Numbered from the stretch's first letter, positions 47,301 to 58,214 are shown. The stretch is 64,000 nucleotides of DNA from Mobula hypostoma (GCF_963921235.1 NC_086097.1:211980001-212044000); one strand, 5' to 3'. Notes: a model not told the origin generated them from the letters alone. A program made the numbers and translations.

Positions 47301-50203
47301 TAAAAGGAAGCCCCTCTATTCTGAGGCTGTGTCCTCTGGTCTTTGGTAGATTCTCTCACCATAGAAAACATTCTCTCCACATCCACTCTATCAAGGCCTT
47401 TCACCATTCAATAGGTTTCAATGAGGTTCTTCTGAAATCCCGTGAATACGGGTCCAGACCCATCAAACCGTCTTCATATGACAAGCTATTCAATCTTGGA
47501 ATCATTTTCGTGAACCTCCTTTGAACCCTCTCCAGTTTCAGCACAAACCTTCTCAGATAATAGGCCCAAAACTGCTCACAATACTCCAAGTGAGAACTTA
47601 CCAGTGCTCTCTAAAGTCTCAACATTATATCCTTGCTTTTATATTCTAGTCCTTTTGGAAAAGTGGTCAGGAAGGCAATCATCACATTTGCCTTCCTGAC
47701 CACTGATTCAACCTGCAAATTAACCTTTAGGGAATCTTGCACAAGGACTCCCAAGTCCCTTTGCACCTCAGTTTTTTGTATTTTCTCTCCATTTAGAAAA
47801 TAATCAACCCTTTCATTTCTTCTACCAAAGTGTATGACCATACACTTCCTGACACTATTCCATTTGCCACTTCTTTGCCTATTCTCCTAGTCTGTCTAGG
47901 TCCTTCTGTAGACTCTCTACTTCCTCAAAACTATCTGCTCCTCTACCTATCTTTTTATCGTCTGTAAACTTTGCAACAAAGCCAACAATTTCATCATCCA
48001 AATTATTGAGATAAAACTCACAAAGAATTGGTCCCAACACAGACCCCTGTGGAACACCACTCGTCACCGGCAGCCAGCCAGAAAAAGCTCCTTTTGTTTA
48101 CACACTTTGCCTCATGCCAATCAGTCACACTTTATCCATGCTAGAAACTTTCCTGTAATTTCATGCACTCGTAACCTGTTTAGCAGCCTTGTATGTGGCA
48201 CCTTGTCAAAGGCCTTCTGAAAGTCCAAGTACACAAAATCAAGTGATCCTCCTTTGTCTGTCCTGCTTGTTATTTCCTCATAGAATTCCAACAGATTTGT
48301 CAGGCAAGATTTTCCCTTGAGGAAACTATGCTGACTATGGCCCATTGTATCATGTGTCTCCAAGTACCCTGAGTCCTCATCCTTGATAATCGACTCCAAC
48401 ATCTTCCCAAACATTGAGGTCAAATTAATTTTTGCTCTATTATATGCCCACTTTTTGGCTTATGTGTCTATGATTCTATGATTACAGTGAACTATGGAGT
48501 TGAGTAATTCTGAAGTAACAGATGAAATGTTAGCAGATTATTGAAGTGTCTGTCCTTTGGCAGTTGTGATAATGCCATCCCTGTACTAATGCTTGTCAGG
48601 AGACTGAAGGAGAAACACTTGGCTGAGTTATATCAGACTCAGCATGAACATTGACTTCTCAAACTTCCGCTAATGCCCTACCTCCCCCATGTACCATCCG
48701 TTATTTATTTATATACACACATTCTTTTCCTCTCTCTCCTCTTTCTCCCTCTGTCCCCCTCACTATACCCCTTGCCCATCCTCTGGGCTACCCCCCTCCC
48801 TCTTTTCTTTCTCCCTGGGCCTCCTGTCCCATGATCCTCTCATATCCCTTTTGCCAATCACCTGTCCAGCTCTTGGCTCCATCCCTCCCCCTCCTGTCTT
48901 CTCCTATCATTTCTGATCTCCCTCTCCCCCTCCCACTTCCAAATCTCTTACTAGGTCTTCTTTCAGTTAGTCCTGACGGAGGGTCTCGGCCCGAAACGTT
49001 GACTGTACCTCTTCCTAGAGATGCTGCCTGGTCTGCTGCGTTCACCAGCAACTTTTATGTGTGTTGTATATCAGATTAGTGTTTGTTTGTAGAACTATTC
49101 AGGTAATTTTTCAAGTTGATGAGTTTTACTGTAAGACCCATGGTAAAAGACTGGTTGATTCTGATTTATAAGTCATAAACAACTTGGTTAGGATGTTGTC
49201 ATAACCCATATATTTTTCTATATCCACTGTACTGATCGTTAAGGTCAGTTGGACTAAAATTAATTTCTGGAACAATGACTTGTATGAGGGTGAGATTCTT
49301 GTTTGTCTGAAGATGTTTGTGAGGTATTGTTTATTGCAATTTTATGCTGTGTTGCATTATTACTGAAGCCATTCAATGAGTTTTTCTTCTTTCTTTCTTG
49401 CTACCTTTTCATTCCATATTTAATTTTCTGTTCACTTCAACCAGCTCTCCCAGTAAAATATGCAAGACCAGCTCATCATCACTCCTGAGCCTATTGCACT
49501 TTTACAAGGAATGCAGAGGGATGAAAATCTCAGTCTGGTCTAGATTATATCTGTGGATAATCTAAGACACATATTTTCTTACATGTAGTCAATTATTGAG
49601 GTATTTCTGCTTAAAGCTTTCAAGAGTATGACTAAATGATCAAATAAGTATATGATTACGTTTTCTTACCTTTCAGTTCAGCCATTATTTAGAAGATTTG
49701 TAACCACCAAACCTTATGTCTATCCTAGCCTTCTTCCTATTTTAGTATGATAAAACTTTTCATATTATTATAGTAATATAAAAATAATCCACGTATTACA
49801 AAATTATAGGAAGATTCATTACATCTTTAAAATATTGCAAAAAGGTGATTTTTTTTCACTGTGATCATTCTTTTTAAATATATTAAAGCAAAATATGCTT
49901 TTCTTTTAGGAATTTAAATATGATAGATTTTTGGATGAGAATGGGAAAGAGAAGACTGCATTCTACAAAAATGGTAGAAAACTTAAGCACTATCTTTTGC
50001 CATTTGGCAGCGGTGTCAGTATATGTCCTGGTCGCTTTTTCGCTATCAATGAAATCAAACAGTTTTTGTCTATATTGTTATGCTATTTTGACATGGAACT
50101 ATCTGATCCCTCAGGACCCATTCCACCCCAAGATAATTCAAGGTCTGGGTTAGGAATTCTCCAACCAGCCCATGATGTTCAGTTTCGTTATCGTCTGAAA
50201 TAA
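8308..50203 (+). CDS. CYP7A1: Cytochrome P450 family 7 gene (cholesterol 7-alpha-hydroxylase-like), join(8308..8384,15741..15981,27244..27854,33336..33466,44050..44228,49910..50203), 510 aa
   Basis: Six exons join in frame (77+241+611+131+179+294=1533 nt) with matching intron phases. The protein has an N-terminal membrane anchor, GEPP hinge, CYP7-type I-helix LWASQANT, K-helix EALR, YDRF meander and heme motif [10 protein letters not shown]. Orthologue versus paralogue is unresolved (see findings). Confidence 0.9.
8501..8694 (+). mobile_element. Penelope-like fold-back mini-insertion
   Basis: Inverted arms of about 68 bp (8501-8568 / 8593-8660), an unpaired 3' tail of about 35 nt, and direct repeat TGTTCACGTTGCCT (8487-8500, 8695-8708). 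Confidence 0.88.
8787..9528 (-). mobile_element. Young CR1 LINE, 5'-truncated 3' end
   Basis: CR1 ORF2 C-terminus ([19 protein letters not shown]...TRGHSL...[14 protein letters not shown]) and (TTTCTATG)n tail. Nearly identical to 59425..60160. Confidence 0.93.
9997..10497 (-). mobile_element. CR1 LINE 3' fragment of the same family
   Basis: [14 protein letters not shown]...GYGGKAG and the same microsatellite tail. Confidence 0.9.
10498..10959 (+). mobile_element. Penelope-like element 3' end (second subfamily) with decayed hammerhead at 10828..10865
   Basis: Encodes [22 protein letters not shown] (GIY-YIG C-terminus), followed by a pyrimidine-rich UTR and CAGTC-CTGACGG...GGAACGTT-GACTG. 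Confidence 0.8.
13050..14162 (+). mobile_element. 5'-truncated L1-clade LINE (ORF2 C-terminus, 3'UTR, polyA)
   Basis: ORF 13113..13859 with the CFRC...HSTWSC Cys/His motif, a G-rich tract, AATAAA (~14142), an A tail and a 15-bp TSD AAGAAACACTGAAGA (13035-13049, 14163-14177). Confidence 0.92.
14975..15252 (-). mobile_element. tRNA-derived V-SINE (HE1-like)
   Basis: The minus strand has an A-box-like GGTGTAGTGGTTAGC, a B-box-like motif and V-domain-like GTTCTCCCTGTGACCGCGTGGGTTTCCCC. Confidence 0.7.
15741..15981 (+). CDS. CYP7A1: CYP7A1-like exon 2
   Basis: Acceptor cttttcacag|, encodes [26 protein letters not shown]...KVSRR, donor |gtaagg; 241 nt. Confidence 0.95.
17112..17787 (-). mobile_element. 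Rex1/Babar-like LINE 3' fragment
   Basis: WYGNCP...[12 protein letters not shown]...SIIKDASHP and a (TCTAA)n tail. Confidence 0.8.
18793..20316 (+). mobile_element. Rex1/Babar-like LINE, degenerate RT to 3' end
   Basis: [18 protein letters not shown]...RSTADAI...[19 protein letters not shown]...FKFLG...KKARQ; ends in AATAAAC(CTGATT)n. Confidence 0.88.
19922..20133 (-). mobile_element. Short polyA-tailed (L1-like) 3'UTR fragment nested in the Rex1 UTR
   Basis: Poly-T start then TTATT; interrupts a UTR that is contiguous in the 41.5-42.7 kb copy. Confidence 0.5.
22168..22760 (-). mobile_element. Rex1/Babar-like RT fragment
   Basis: The minus strand reads ...KFADDTT...EYLADWC; frameshifted. 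Confidence 0.65.
23595..23689 (+). mobile_element. Penelope-like terminal fragment beginning at the hammerhead (23595..23628)
   Basis: GTC-CTGACGA-AGGGTCTCAGCCT-GAAATGTC-GAC followed by the family 3' sequence. Confidence 0.8.
23690..26255 (-). mobile_element. CR1 LINE, degenerate ORF2 (part of APE endonuclease plus RT)
   Basis: [11 protein letters not shown]...LDLVL...[36 protein letters not shown]...KFADD; RPHLEYC. Confidence 0.92.
27244..27854 (+). CDS. CYP7A1: CYP7A1-like exon 3
   Basis: Acceptor tcatag|, encodes VFDH...KTLQG...MMENLQ...[11 protein letters not shown]...[28 protein letters not shown], donor AG|gtactg. Confidence 0.95.
28461..29741 (+). mobile_element. 5'-truncated Penelope-like retroelement (Neptune-type) with GIY-YIG endonuclease, hammerhead and inverted 5' arm
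   Basis: [13 protein letters not shown]...[36 protein letters not shown]...VATHF...GSLQPDGMN (one in-frame stop). Inverted copy of the terminus at about 28459-28528; direct repeat CATCAAGAATATAC (28447-28460, 29742-29755). Confidence 0.92.
29607..29642 (+). ncRNA. Minimal type-I hammerhead ribozyme, intact core
   Basis: AGTC-CTGACGA-AGGGTCTCGGCCT-GAAAC-GTC-GACT: helix I AGTC/GACT, core CUGAnGA and GAAA, helix II hairpin, palindromic ACGT helix III, GUC cleavage triplet. Confidence 0.85.
29902..30990 (-). mobile_element. Tc1-like DNA transposon, 5' half
   Basis: [14 protein letters not shown]...[15 protein letters not shown]...[15 protein letters not shown]; terminus CAGTGGCTATAAAAAG on the minus strand, flanked by TA. 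Confidence 0.88.
33336..33466 (+). CDS. CYP7A1: CYP7A1-like exon 4
   Basis: Acceptor ttttgcag|, encodes [16 protein letters not shown]...[12 protein letters not shown], donor |gtaaga; 131 nt. Too short to appear in the ORF track. Confidence 0.93.
33758..35442 (-). mobile_element. Two CR1 3' fragments (about 33758-34050 and 34250-35442)
   Basis: [39 protein letters not shown] read on the minus strand; CR1-type tails. Confidence 0.85.
37505..39011 (+). pseudogene. Gag (coiled coil, SCAN-like capsid, CCHC knuckle) plus aspartic protease; one frameshift near 37750, truncated at 39011
   Basis: [19 protein letters not shown]...PEAYRQRFR...LILIEQF...[28 protein letters not shown]. Confidence 0.9.
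39012..39150 (+). mobile_element. Penelope-like terminal fragment with tail
   Basis: Same sequence as 29603..29741. Confidence 0.88.
39016..39051 (+). ncRNA. Minimal type-I hammerhead ribozyme, intact core
   Basis: Identical 36-mer to 29607..29642. Confidence 0.85.
41505..42690 (+). mobile_element. Rex1/Babar-like LINE 3' part
   Basis: [24 protein letters not shown]...KKARQRLYF and (CTGATT)n tail; same family as 18793..20316. Confidence 0.88.
44050..44228 (+). CDS. CYP7A1: CYP7A1-like exon 5
   Basis: Acceptor tgtacag|, encodes [17 protein letters not shown]...[25 protein letters not shown], donor |gtaggt. Confidence 0.95.
44742..46092 (+). mobile_element. Internally deleted hAT DNA transposon
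   Basis: Imperfect 15-bp TIRs CTATGTTCTCTCTAA / TTAGAGGGAACATTG. Transposase C-terminus (LCKILQK...LEERF...[23 protein letters not shown], hAT dimerisation motif), frameshifted. No TSD recognised. Confidence 0.8.
46103..46396 (-). mobile_element. Penelope-like fold-back mini-insertion with a hammerhead on each strand
   Basis: Inverted arms of about 130 bp centred on TGAAATTTCA (46262-46271), tail at the left, direct repeat ATTGTTAGAGGGGA (46089-46102, 46397-46410). Hammerheads at 46199..46234 (minus, intact) and 46299..46334 (plus, helix I mismatch). Confidence 0.9.
46735..47040 (+). mobile_element. Degenerate V-SINE
   Basis: GAGTTTGCATGTTCTCCCTGTG...GGTTTCCTCAGGATGCTCCTGTTTTCTCCCA V-domain-like core. 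Confidence 0.65.
47040..48425 (-). mobile_element. CR1 LINE RT fragment
   Basis: [10 protein letters not shown]...[24 protein letters not shown]...KFTDD. Confidence 0.88.
48638..49066 (+). mobile_element. Penelope-like 3' fragment with variant hammerhead (48969..49004)
   Basis: MNIDFSNFR* plus UTR plus AGTC-CTGACGG-AGGGTCTCGGCCC-GAAAC-GTT-GACT; flanking repeat TATATCAGA (48629-48637, 49067-49075). Confidence 0.85.
49910..50203 (+). CDS. CYP7A1: CYP7A1-like exon 6 (coding part to TAA)
   Basis: Acceptor ttcttttag|, encodes [16 protein letters not shown]...[22 protein letters not shown]...[18 protein letters not shown]. Confidence 0.95.
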   Translation, partial: EFKYDRFLDENGKEKTAFYKNGRKLKHYLLPFGSGVSICPGRFFAINEIKQFLSILLCYFDMELSDPSGPIPPQDNSRSGLGILQPAHDVQFRYRLK

Positions 50204-51239
50204 TAACCCACTGATTCTGGCACAATGCCTAGTATAGAAGATTTCTTTCTTTATTTAGGCTATATAAAAAACTAGTACTCTTCTGCTTTATAGTTCAATG
50301 CTAACCCCTGTTATAACAATTGTATAGTAATTAGAGTTTTTAAAAAGTGTTGCATGTATCCTACTGTTTCTTAATTTTTGTACTACCAGTTGTAGAATAC
50401 AGGACTAAATTTGTGAAGGAACAATTTGCTGTACTGCAGTTGGGTGTTGGTATCAGTGACAATGTTTTATCAATGAAGAAGTATATGGAATTATATAATA
50501 ATATTCAACATGGAAAACAGTAATTCAGCCAGTCTAGCATGTGCGGGTGTTCAGAATGCACCCAACTCTTTTCTCCTACTAATATTATCTCAGCCCTTTC
50601 AGCATATATCTTCCTATTCTTGTTTTTTTAAAATATATTCAACTAAATTCTTTCTGAAATCTCTGTGCAAAGAAAACAGTTTTTAAGTGAACCCATTTCA
50701 GGGTACCCTGCCCTTCACTAAGAGAATTCTTCCGGTGGCTCTCGAAGGCTTCTCCAGGATCATTTGTGTTGCTATATTAAAAACTATGATTCAATGTAAA
50801 TTATCTCCACCTTCCCCCAACCCCCTTTCTTCTGATCCTTTGGGCTTGCCATTTTGACCCAGTCTTCCCCTTGCCCTTCCTTCATCCACCTTTGTTCCCT
50901 TCCTCTTCCCCATCCACAACCTTCACATACAGTTCCCCGCCCCAACACCCATCTGCTTCAAACTGTCATTCACCTCTCCCTTCTCCTCTGATGGCTCCCA
51001 TTCTCATCTCCTTCAATTATCAGAATCCTCTACTGGTTTTCTTGCTTATCTCTGTCCAGCAGCCATCTACCGTCTTTACACTCCCGCCTTCCACCTTTAT
51101 CTGTTGTTATCCTCTCCTTTTTCTTCTCTCCCTTTTGTCTACCTCAAACCATCATTCGCCTGCCATAGTCATCTGACTCCACCCACTCACCTCCCCTGTC
51201 ATCTTATATTATGCCGGAAGTGCGATAGTGTCAGTGGGG

Positions 51240-52980
51240 AGTAGTGTGTGAAGGTGCCATTAGCAAGGACAAAGTTCTTGGTAAACTGAAAGGTCTGAAA
51301 GTAGATGGACCAGATGGTATATACCCCAGGGTTCGGAAAGAGGTGGCCGAAGAGATTGTGAAGGCATTAGTAATGATCCTTCAAGAATTAATTGATTCTG
51401 GCATACTTCCAGAAGAATGGAAAATTACAAATGTCACTCCACTCTACAAGAAAGGAGAGAGGCAGAAGAAAGAAAACTATAGGCCAGTTAGTCTGACCTC
51501 AGAGGTTGGGAAGATGTTGGAGGCGATTGTTAAGGATATAGTTTCAGTGTACTTGGAGGCAAATGATAAAATAGGCCAAAGTCAGCATGGTTTCCTTTAA
51601 GGGAAAATCATGCCTGACAAATATTGTACGTTGGAATTCTTTGAAGAAATAACAAGCAGGATAGATGAAGGAGAATTGCTGAATGTTATGTACTTGGATT
51701 TTCAGAAGGCCTTTGATAAGGTGCCACACATGAGTCTGCACAACACATTAAGAAAGATACTAGCATGGATAAAGTACTGGATGATTGGCAGGAGGCAAAG
51801 AGTACGAATAAAGGGAGCCTTTTCTGGTTGGCTGCCAACGAATAGTGATGTTCCTTAGGTCTGTGTTGGGACCGATTATAACCATATAACAATTTCAGCA
51901 CGGAAACAGGCCATCTTGGCCCTTCTAGTCCATGCTGATCATTTTACATTCTATATCAATGACTTGGATTGATGGCTTTGTGGCAAACCTAGCCGATGAT
52001 GCAAAGATAGGTAGAGGGGCAGGTAGTTTTGAGGAAATTTGCTTCAGAAGGACTTAGACAGATTAGGAGAGTGGACAAAGTAGTAGCAGATGGAATAGTG
52101 TGTCAGGAAGTGTATGGTCATGCACTTTGGTAGAAGAAATAAAAGTGTAGACTATTTTCTAAATGGAGAGAAAATACCAAAATCTGAGGTGACAGGGACT
52201 TGGGAATCAAGGTTAATTTGCAGGTTGAGTTTGTGGTGAGGAAGGCATTTATTTCGAGAAGACTGGAATATAAAAGTAACGATGTAATGTTGAGCAACGC
52301 ACATAAAAGTTGCTGGTGAACGCAGCAGGCCAGGCAGCATCTCTAGGAAGAGGTGCAGTCAACGTTTCAGGCCTAGACCCTTCGTCAGGACTACGAACTT
52401 CGTTAGTCCTGACGAAGGGTCTCGGCCTGAAACGTCGACTGCACCTCTTCCTAGAGATGCTGCCTGGCCTGCTGCGTTTACCAGCAACTTTTATGTGCGT
52501 TGCTTGAATTTCCAGCATCTGCAGAATTCCTGTTGTTTGCGTGATGTAATGTTGAGGTTTTATTAAGGATTGGTGAGGACAAATTGGGAGTATTGTGTCA
52601 GTTTTGGGCCCTTTATCTAAGAAAGGATGTCCTGATATTGGAGAGGGTTCAAAGGAGGTTCATAAAGATGATTCCAGAATTGAAAGGCTTTTCATATGAG
52701 GAGCATTTGATGGCTATGGGCCTCTACTCACTGGAATGAGGAGTAACCTCAATGAAACCTATTGAATGTTGAAAGGCCGCGATAGAGTGAATGTGGAGAG
52801 GATGTTTCCTATGGTGGGGGAGGCAGAGGTTGTTAGATTCTTGATTAGTCAAGGCACGGAGGCATATGGGGAGAAGGGAGGAGATTGGGGAAAATGGATC
52901 AGCCATGATGGAATGGTGGAGCAGAGTCAGTGGGCCAAATGGCCTAATTCTACTCCTCTATATGATGGTCATGACCTTAT
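51240..52980 (+). mobile_element. Degenerate CR1 LINE
   Basis: GPDGIYPRV.KEVA...NYRPVSLTS...[18 protein letters not shown]. Confidence 0.85.
52295..52542 (+). mobile_element. Penelope-like fold-back mini-insertion inside CR1; intact plus-strand hammerhead at 52405..52440
   Basis: Inverted arms of about 100 bp, 3' tail and a 14-bp TSD GATGTAATGTTGAG (52281-52294, 52543-52556). Confidence 0.9.
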
Positions 52981-53230
52981 AACCCTCCTCAATACACCAA
53001 TCTCCCTGGAGGCCTTTATTGCTACTTCCTTTCTCTTCTGTATTTTGACCATCTTGTCTCTCCACTCTTAATCCTGATGCAGAGTTCCAGCCCAAACAGT
53101 CGACAGTTTTTTCCTCCCACCAACTCTGATTTCTTCCAGTATACTGTATGTTGTTTCTAATACAAATGATAATTTAAACAAAACTTACTCCAGCTTCTCC
53201 TAGTTATGCTTTACTTGAATTATTTCCAAA

Positions 53231-53832
53231 TGTAACAGGCTGTAAGGTTTCACTGTTAATGTAATGTTTTTTTTTGTAATGTTCACTGCTAAAGTAACAG
53301 TTTCTCTGTAGCAGCAATGTTTGGGTTATGGCTGGAGGTTAGAGGACTATGGATGCATGTTAGCCAATCAGGATTTTGTTGCCGTCTTGTGATTCTGGAA
53401 GCAGTTGATTTTGCGGGCTTTTGCCAGAGGGGGAGAGAGATAGATGAAGAGAGAAGACACAAATGGGCAGATTTGGCAGACCGCCGGACGGGGTGGACTT
53501 GGGGCGAGGGTCCGAAGAGCAGCGACGATCGGAGGAGGTCAATGGGGACCGATCGGCCTATGAGTGAACTCCAACTTTGTGCACAGACTGTTTAATAAGA
53601 TTTGGGCCCTTTAACTTTTGTATTTTGTTTCTCTACTAACCATATAGTCAAAATAAGAGTTATAAAGCTTAATCATTTAATTGCATATTGTGTACTGTTT
53701 GTTATTTTGGGGTACTGATTTGTAACAGAGGAGACACCGCGCAGCATCCACCCAAACTGAGATTTCTCAAGTTTGGCCAGGCAGGGGGTTATCACCTCCT
53801 ATGTTAAGCCGCTAGGCGAAGCAAGTGATACA
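53231..53832 (+). mobile_element. Probable solo LTR
   Basis: TGTAAC...GATACA termini, about 600 bp, CpG-rich centre, flanks CAAA/AAAA (imperfect TSD). Strand is tentative. Confidence 0.55.
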
Positions 53833-56539
53833 AAAATAATCTTTCATTAAAAACATGAAGGGAAGATATAAATAGCACCTCCAGCCCTTTGAAGACTTTA
53901 CAGCCTAATCCATTTACTTACATAGTAGTGACAAGTTGGATTTGTTCTTAGAATTGGGACAGATGGTTGAAGGGAAATGGAAATTAAAGATATGGCTGAG
54001 CCACCTTTCTGTGGCCTTCTAGAATGTTCCAGGTAGTAAACTTGTTATCTCATTGAGTTTCTGGTAATATTATTATTCCTAACATGAATAACCTGGAGAC
54101 TGTCACTTTCTTCTTTATGGTATTTAAGCAGCAAATTCCCTTTGAAAGTTCAACAGAAGTAAATTATGTGGAGAATTTGTCATTCTTATTGTGCAGACTT
54201 TTTCCAGCCTTCATGTAACATTTTGTGATTATCTTTATATGATCTCAGACATATCATGATAGGCCATGCATCATGGTGGTGTTGCAAGTACTGCAGCTGT
54301 CTCAAAGCTCCAGCTTTTGGAATTCAATTGTAACCTCCTGTGTCTGCATGGAGTTCACGTACTGTTTTTGTGACCACTTGGGCTTCTGTGACCCACAAAC
54401 TAAAATATGGCAAAGCCCAGCTGCCTGAAGCTTCCTTGGGAGGAAAGCAACCAGTTTTAGTTTTATTGGGGATGGAGGGGGAGAGAGAGCATCAATCAAC
54501 TCCTGAAGCTTGTAGAGGCAGCAAAGATGGAGTAGCAACTTCTAACTGACCTGTTTTGGAGTCTGTACAATGACCCTTTCCATGAAGCCTTCAGTGCTGG
54601 TCTCACTGGGCCTGGTGCTTGGCTGTCAGAAGAGGAGAGGGCCCTACGTTTCCCAGAGAATACTGAAGAAGGAAGGGATGTGGATCCAATTCCTGGGGAT
54701 TTTATCCACCATAAATATAAGAGTCTACCCCCAACTTTTCAAAGAGCAATGCACTGGGAAACAGAGGTTTTTGGAATCAGTGTTGACAGAAACCTATCAC
54801 ATTTGCAGCTGTAAGATATTATTCTCTTTCTGCGTTTCTTAGCCAGCAAATCATTTTGGATGGGGGCAGCTGAGCATTTCCATAGTTCCCATTTTATGGG
54901 TCATTAGTGCTCTCTACCTAAAGAAAGGGTATTTCGTCTACTTAAGCAGGTATCAGCAGGCACAGAGATCATTTTTAAAATTAATTTTTTATGCATTTCT
55001 GCAGTGAAACTACAAAGAGGAACCCAACAACAAAATGGAGATTTATACAGTGCAAGACAAACAAATCCAATATATATAATTCATAACAGTAAGAAAAAAA
55101 AAAGCACCCAAAAGAGAAATATGTAAAATTAATATCCACCCCAACCTCCCACTGAATAAAGAAAAACCCAGGCCAACCACATTACATATGAAAAAAAAAA
55201 TCAATCAGAACATTCAACCCCAGAGAACTGTAAATATATATAGAAAAGGCACAGAGATCTGACAGCAATTTTGAATACATTTACTGCACTCATATAGGAC
55301 TCCAGGTCTCCTCTATGAACCTAGAATGGCCTACCTAAACATGCAGCTGCTGTGTGACCATCAAATGAAATGCCATATTTGCAGGATGCTTGCATTTTTT
55401 ATTCTACGGGTAACTGTGGTTCCAGCCATATTTTAGCACCAGACTACTTAAGGGATTCATTTGTTCCTCAGTCTCTTTTGGGGTGCAGGCCATGCTGAGC
55501 CACAGGAATCAAGTGCAGAGTTCAAAATTTAGCCATCAATGTCTTGAAATTCTATTAACTGGGCATTTGGGACATTTGTGAGTATTGTGTTTTGTGCTTG
55601 TTACCCGCTGCACAATAATGCTGTTATGAGAATACATCCCTTCCATGACGAGCTGCAATCGTAGCGGCAAGAGGAGACGGAGAAGAAAAGCATCTGCACA
55701 CAAACAAATATGGATTCAATGTGGACTTTCTTTGAGGGCATATTCATATTCTAGAAACCATGTATGTACTGGTTCTACATCAAAGAACCAAATCTTGACA
55801 CCACATAACTGGAATTTCAATGGATAAAGTGCCATTTTGTTCTTCCTGTTTTTGGATATGAATAGTGACAGAGTGAATTTGACTTTCCCGTCACTTGACT
55901 ATCCAGGGCTCAGACAAGCATTTTGCAAGAACACTTGCCTAACATCCTTCCTCACAAACACCAAGTGTTGGAGTTGGTTGGTCATCTGCCCACCTTCAAA
56001 CACAGCGCTGAATGAAGGGAAACAATGACCCACATTTCCTATGTTCTGCTTCTCCTGTTGTTGGCCATTACCATGACCTTTGCAGAACAAACCACGAACA
56101 TAGAAAGTAAGGACTTCATAATCAAAACAATCTTACTGAAGGAAATTTGTTCACCTAAAATGAAACTGAAACTGAAGATAAAACTATGTTAAAGATTAAC
56201 CACATAGGGAAGTGTATGGTTACCTACTTCAGTAAGAAGAAAGAAAGGCACTGACTTATCTCTAAGAGGGAGTGAATTCACAAATTTCAGGTGCAATGAT
56301 GATTGGCAATGGATGATAGAAAAATGGAGGGCTATGTAGCACGGAAGGGTTAAATTGATCTCTCAGATTACATTATAAGGTCAGCACAGCATTGTGGGCT
56401 GAACAGCCTGTACTGTGCTATAGAGTTCTGTTTTCTAAGGGACTTGGGAGACCTAGTGCAGTGTTTCCCACAAGTTTCTAAAGGTTAATTTATAGGATGG
56501 GTTGGTATTAAGAAAATAAATGCAATGTTAGCATTTATT

Positions 56540-57525
56540 TTTGAGACTCCGAAGCCTCTTGCAAATCTGTGCAGTTGAAGCTTTATACCAGGCTGTGTTG
56601 CAACCAGTGAGAATATTCTGCATCATATATCTGTAAAAATTTATAAGATATACCAAATCTCCTCAAACCCTTATGAAGTGGAGCTGCTGGCACACTTTCT
56701 TCATGATTGCATCAATGTGTTGGGTGCAGGATAGATACTTTGAGATGCCGATAATCAGGGACTTGAAGTTGCTCACCCTTTCCACCAATGACTCCACAAT
56801 AGGGACTGGTGTGCGTTCCGCTTACTTCCCCTTTCAGAATCAACTCCTTCATTTTGCTGATGTTGACTGGGAGGTTCTTGTTGCAGCACCACTCAACCAG
56901 CCAACTTATCTCACTCCTATACACCACCTTCTGAAATTCTGCCAATGACAATGATGTCAGCAGCAAATCTATTTATATAGATTTATATAAATACTGATTA
57001 ATATTTATGATATATAAATTTATTGATTATAAATTCAATGTTTATAGAATTTAAGATTCACTTCAGATACTAGGAAGCTCTAGTCCTCAATTTTCCCTTT
57101 ACTGTATAAAAATTAAACTTTGGCTCAAGTACCACAAGAAAGCAGCATCCAGCATCAAGGGCCCCCACTGTCCAGACTACAATTTCTTCTTGTTGCTGCC
57201 GTCTGGAGGTCCCAACCCACCAGACTCAGGAACAGTTATTATCCTTCAACCATCAGGCTCCTGAACCCACGTGTATAACTCACCTTAACTCTGAACTGAT
57301 TCCACAACCTATGGACTCACTTTCAATGACTCTACAAATCATGTTCTCAGTATTATTTATGTTTTTTTGTATTTGCACAGATTATCTTCTTTTGAGCATC
57401 CATTTGTTCGTGCGTAGCTTTTCATTGATTCTACCATATTTTTGTTCTACTGTGAATGCCCGCAAGAAAATGAATCTCTGGGTAGTACAATACACACTTT
57501 GATAAAACTTTACCTCGAACTTTGA
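56540..57525. mobile_element. Old Rex1/Babar-like fragments (minus ~56540-56970, plus ~57130-57525)
   Basis: [28 protein letters not shown] on the minus strand; Rex1-type 3' end on the plus strand. Confidence 0.6.
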
Positions 57526-58214
57526 AGTAACACATTGGTTAATCCAAGAGCAGCTTTAGTTTCTTGTATAAATGAAATATATGTCCCATATTTTATAGTC
57601 AGAGAGGCAACAACAAACATTGTTTACTACATTGCTAACTGCACACAGGTTTCTACAGGGATTGAATGAAACTTATTAGTCAGCACTGGAACCATTGAAA
57701 TGCTCTAAGATGGGGCATCTGTGATATGAGAGCAGAACGAACAACAGTTTGTGCTCTTCAACCCATCAAACTGAAAAATACGCTTTGAGGTAGGTAAGAT
57801 GGAGGCTGCAGGAATTGTGGCAACCCACTGTCAATCTGCTGACATCTGCAGTTAATTCAAATGTGCCAGGTTCCTTGGGAGAAGAAAGTTATTAATTTAA
57901 TTATTTTTAATGGATGATATTAAGAGAGAGGTGGATAAGAGTAAGACAAGACAAATCTATAAGTAAATACTTAAGCCTCCAGAGGAGGACCATGATGAAC
58001 AACATCAAAAACTGCCAGAAATGCTCCATTTAGTTTTAGCTGTTATGGAAAAAAAAATCTGTAAAGAGGTCCAACTAACAGGAGGTTAATGCATAAGATG
58101 TCCAACAGAGGCTTCCTTCACCTGTCTAATCAATAGTTTCTGAAAGAGATTGGGAATCATGTAAGATGATGGTGGATTTTTGTGTCTTATTGGAGAAGGG
58201 CCTGAGCCTTAATT

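Noticed and set aside
50204..50800. PolyA site of the CYP7 gene
   Set aside because: No AATAAA seen. Only the variants TATAAA (~50263) and ATTAAA (~50776) occur, which is not enough to call.
53070..53110. Additional hammerhead-like remnant (CCTGATGCAG...CCCAAACAGTCGAC)
   Set aside because: Core positions are mutated; at most a relic of an older Penelope family.
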